From: Squalus acanthias
Taxonomy: Eukaryota
Direction: 5' to 3'
DNA: 64,000 nt
Assembly (NCBI GenBank): GCA_030390025.1
Contig: CM059430.1
Location: forward strand, 61,566,001 to 61,630,000
A program made the translations under genes and the position numbers. Below the pieces are notes generated by a model. It had not been told where the DNA came from. It did not search any database and saw only the letters and a program-made list of their open reading frames with translations. Below, in pieces: positions 59,860 to 64,000 of this stretch. Numbering within the stretch: position 1 is the stretch's first letter; each line of letters begins with the position of its first letter.

Positions 59860-61030
59860 TTCGGTTATGGTATGTGGGCGTCGCTGGCAAGGTCAGCATT
59901 TATTTCGCATCCCTAATTGCCCTTGAGATGGTGGTGGTAAGTCGCCTACTTGAACTGCTGCATTCCGTGTGATGAAGGTACTCCCACATGGCTGTTTCGG
60001 GGGGAGTTCCAGTATTTTGACCCAGCAGCGATGAAGGAACAGCGATATATTTCCAAGTCAGGATGGTGTGTAACTTGGAGGGAACTTGCAGGTGATGGTG
60101 TTCCCATGAGCCTGCTGCTCCTGCCCTTCTAACTGGTAGACGTCACGGGTTTGGGAGGTGCTGTCGAAGAAGCCTTGGTGAGTTGCTGCAAAGTATCTTG
60201 TAGATGGTATACATTGCAGCCATGGTGCACCGGTGGTGGAGGGTGTGAATGTTTAAGGTGGTGGGTGCGGTGACAATCAAGTGGATGCTTTGTCCTGGAT
60301 TGTGTCGAACTTGTTAAGTGTTGTTGGAACTGCACTCACACAAGCAAGTGGAGAGTATTCCATCATACTCCTGACTTGTGCCTTGTAGATAGTGGAAAGT
60401 TTTTGAGGAGTCAGGACGTGAGACACTCGCCACAGAATACCCAGCCTCTGACCTGCTCTCGTAGCCACTGTATTTATGTGGCTGGTCCAGTTAAGTTTCT
60501 GGTCAATGGTGGCCCTCAGGATTTTGATGGTGGCAGCTTCGGCGTTGATAATGCCATTGAACATCAAGGGTGGGGGTTGGTTAGACTCTCTCTTGTTGAA
60601 GATAGTCATTGTATGGCACTTGTGTGGTGCAAATGTTGCTTGTCACTTATCAGCCCAAGCCTGAATATTGTCCATGCATGCGGGCACGCACTGCTTCATT
60701 ATGTGTGGATTTGCGAATGGAACTGAATACTGTGCACTCATCAGTGAACGTCCCCAATTCTGACCTTATGATGGAGGGAAGGTCATTGATGAAGAAGCTG
60801 AAGATGGTTCGGTCTAGAACACTGCCACGAGGAAACCCTGCAGCAATGTCCTGGGGCAGTGATGATTGTCCTCCAACAACCACAGCCATCTTCCTTTGTG
60901 CTAGTTATGACTCCAACCAATGGAGAATGTTCGCCCTGATTCCAATAGCCTTCAATTTTACTGGCGCTCCTTGATGCCACACTCGGTCACATGCTGCCTT
61001 GATGTCAAGGGCAATTACTCTCACCTTACT
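59860..61030 (-). mobile_element. Second LINE family, RT to 3' end
   Basis: ALDIKAACDRVWHQGA, FPRGSVLDRTIFSFFINDLPS and QKLNWTSHINTVATRAGQRLG fragments, collinear with 24430-26010. Confidence 0.85.
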
Positions 61031-62639
61031 GTGGCAGTCTGGGATAGTCTCGTTGTCCACAAACTCCCACATACTAAAATCCCGAGACAGTGCCTGTACT
61101 GCCATTTCTAATTAAACGTATTTATTTGTTGGTTATCTGTAGTTTATTTCTTGAACTATTTGGTCACTTGAGGTCTAGATTGAATAAATAGGTGGATTTA
61201 GCTCGATGTTAAGTAAATTAGCCGTTAGTTACTGTGATTAACGAATTCACTATTTATAACAGTCATTATTGCCTTTAAATTGCCCTAGTGCAATAAGATG
61301 TATTTGGGTCCAAATGGTTGGAGCCTCTCAAGTTTAGTCGAGGAATGACTACGGGTGGACGAATATTATTTCACTGTTCTCGTCGCAATTACTGCTGCGC
61401 TCCGCCCATTTGTTTCCGTAGATATGCCGAATACGATGTATCCCACAATGGGACCGCGTAATTTTAACCATTCCAGGTTCACAGTGTCCAACTTTCTCTT
61501 CAAAGAGCAAACTTTCATTTGAATTGGCTTCGCCCTTGACATAAATTCTGATCGTGGATTTTGAGTACAAATAAATGTCAGATGTTAATGGGCCTCCAAC
61601 GTGTCTCGTATTTATAATTCTATGACCAGAACTTTCTCTCTCTGTCACTTCATTTTACATCAGTAAAATATAAGACATATGATAGGTTTACACACTCGAT
61701 ACAACTTGACACATATAAATACCAGCACTTAGATTTATTGAAAAATGTCGTCAGCTGGAAACATTGATCCATCAAGATACATGTCAGCCTGCAAAAATAC
61801 TAACATGAAGTGTCAGCTACAACCCGCATCCCCTTCTTAACACTGCATTTACATAGAAAGCAATAAGCTCATTATATACAGGAGCCAACTACCAGTTACC
61901 TTTGTATAATCTAATGCTGCAGAAAGAGTGCGTAGCGAAGTATAATGGAAACCGGCTGTAAGCGAGTACTGCAGGAAACCTTTATCCGTTTCGATTGCGG
62001 CTCCTTCATCGCATTCCCTGCTTTCGTATGTTGCTGCTTTTAATTCCCAGCTGTGCCTGGACACGCGTTATTCTTTCCCAAAGGCTAACCTATTGCTCTC
62101 GTGGAACTGTGAGCAGCGGAGGCAGAAATTATCAGCAGTTCTTTACCTGGCCATTAAAAACAACATTCAAAATCATAGAATAATAGAAATTTACGGCACA
62201 GAAGGAGGCCATTCGGCCCATCGTGTCTGTGCTTTTAAATAATGTAATTACCTTGTTTATTTTTTCTATTTTCCACCCACACGCGGTGCCGTTTAGAGCA
62301 CGTCAGCATCAATATAAATAGACTCTCAGACACACTCACAACTGCATAAATAATCAACTATTATTAAATTCAAGAAACGTTCTTCAATTATATCCTTGCA
62401 TTGTGATTCGACAATAATTATCAAAACAATCTTACATTAAATCATTCTAGGACTGAGGCAAACTTTCCTCAATTTTAAATAACTATGCCGTCATTTCAGG
62501 ATGTCACAACATATTAGGTACAAAACTTACATTTGTGTTTAACTTTCATTCGGCGATATTCTTTCTCTCATGATTATTGTGTATGTGTAATTGTGCACTT
62601 TATCTTTTCTATATTAAAATTACCTAATATAAGTACAAA

Positions 62640-62960
62640 AGACCATCGGAAATAGGAGTAGGAGTAGGCCATTCGTTCCCCCGAGCCTGCTCCGCCATTT
62701 AGTGGGATCATGGCTGATCCGATTTTGGCCACTTTCCTGCCCGCTCCCCGTAACCCGTGACTCCCCGATTGCTCAAAAATCTGTCAATCTCCGCTTTGAA
62801 TATATTCAATGATTTAGCTTCCACAGCTTTCTGGGGTAAAGAATTCCAAAGATTCACGACCCTCTGAGAGGACAAATTCCTCCTCATCTCCGTCTTAAAT
62901 GTTGACCCCTTATTCTGAGACTATGCCCCATCATTCTAGATTCCCCCACGAGGGAATTAA
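62640..62960 (-). mobile_element. CR1 3' tail fragment
   Basis: gaaataggagtaggagtaggccattcg...ccccttattctgagactatg matches the other tails. Confidence 0.8.
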
Positions 62961-63439
62961 CAACCGATTACTTAAATCATAACCGATGTCGCAGTGAATC
63001 GTTTCCACTGCACTTAATGTAGAATGATATTGATATAAAAATACTACTCTTATTTATATGAATATCTGAATGAAAACCTTCGAACCGTCTGCACTCACCT
63101 GATGTCCAATACTCTCTTGCACACATTTCACTGAATAAATCCACATCTTAAGGAACCCATGGGTTTGGCACCGACCCATACATATCAGAAGATGCCAGGT
63201 TGGATTGCCTGTCAGTTTTATGTTAAATGATCACAGTTCCGGCAGCAGTTGAAACGCTAAAACTGGCCTAAGCATCCAGGGAGAGGAAAAGGGCAATTAG
63301 CCTGCCAACCCAAAAATGACCCGCTTATTCCTACTCTCTGATTTCTGTCCATTAACTAATCCTCAATCCATGCTAGTATATTACCCCCAATCCCATGAGC
63401 CCTAATTTTGTTTAATAACCTCTTGTGTGGCACCTTTAT

Positions 63440-64000
63440 GAAATTTAATACAGAGAAGTGTGAAGTGCTGCATTCTGGCATAAGGAACAGGGAGAGGCAA
63501 TATAAACTTAATGGCACAGTTTTAAAGAGTGTGCAGGGACAGAGGGACCTGTGAGTTAGTGTGCATCGGTCCCTGAAGGTGGCAGGACTTATTGAGAGAG
63601 TGGTTGCAAAGCATATGGGATCTTGGGCTTCATAAATAGAGGTATTGAGTACAAAAGTAGAGGAGTTATGCTGAACGTTTATAAAGCGCTGGTTAGGCCA
63701 CAACTGGAGTATTGCATCCAGTTCTGGTCACCACACTTTAGGTAGATATGAAGGCCCTTGAGAGGGTGCAGAGGAGGTTTACCAGAATGGTACCTGGGAT
63801 GGGGGATCTCAGCTACAAGGACAGGTTGGAGAAGCTGGATTTGTTTTCATTAGAGCAAAGGAGGTTGAGGGGTGATTTGATAGAGGAGTACAAGATTATG
63901 ACGCGTTTGGATAGGCTAGATGGGGAAAGGCTGTTCCCACTAGTTCATGGTACAAGGATTAGGGGACACAGATTTAAGGTTTTGGGCAAGAGATACAGGG
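63440..64000 (+). mobile_element. CR1 ORF2 C-terminal fragment running off the window
   Basis: Closely similar to 33722-34280, preceded by a short - strand CR1 piece (63300-63435). Confidence 0.85.

Noticed and set aside
61300-62200. Unique-sequence ORFs (61349-61648 -, 61849-62064 -, 61995-62183 +) and a GGRILFHC word resembling the V domain's GGNITFHC
   Set aside because: There is no downstream Trp or Y-x-C, stops occur early, and I could not build a consistent splice model.
63099-63130. Possible 32-nt - strand micro-exon (ttattcag|...cag|gtgagt)
   Set aside because: The splice signals look good but no phase-compatible partner exon could be identified in the window.

Overview
This is vertebrate genomic DNA, almost certainly from a cartilaginous fish (shark or ray), judged from HE1/V-SINE and DeuSINE-type SINEs and shark-type CR1 LINEs. 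Most of the window is nested transposable elements. These include many CR1 LINE copies (one young, 5'-truncated copy keeps an intact 983-aa endonuclease/reverse-transcriptase ORF2), a second LINE family with a tRNA-like 5' head, Penelope-like fragments carrying hammerhead-ribozyme cores, a decayed Harbinger transposon and several Harbinger-type MITEs. The one host gene I can support is a 7-exon immunoglobulin-superfamily receptor on the + strand (35311-40197), reconstructed by hand from splice sites. It encodes a leader, a germline-joined VJ-type V domain, a C1 domain, an uncharged transmembrane segment and a tail with four ITIM/ITSM-like tyrosine motifs (SIRP-like, antigen-receptor-like architecture). 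As assembled, the C1 exon is one base short (frameshift), but skipping that exon keeps the frame. There is a 144-N assembly gap at 29733-29876. Repeat boundaries are approximate unless target-site duplications are given.
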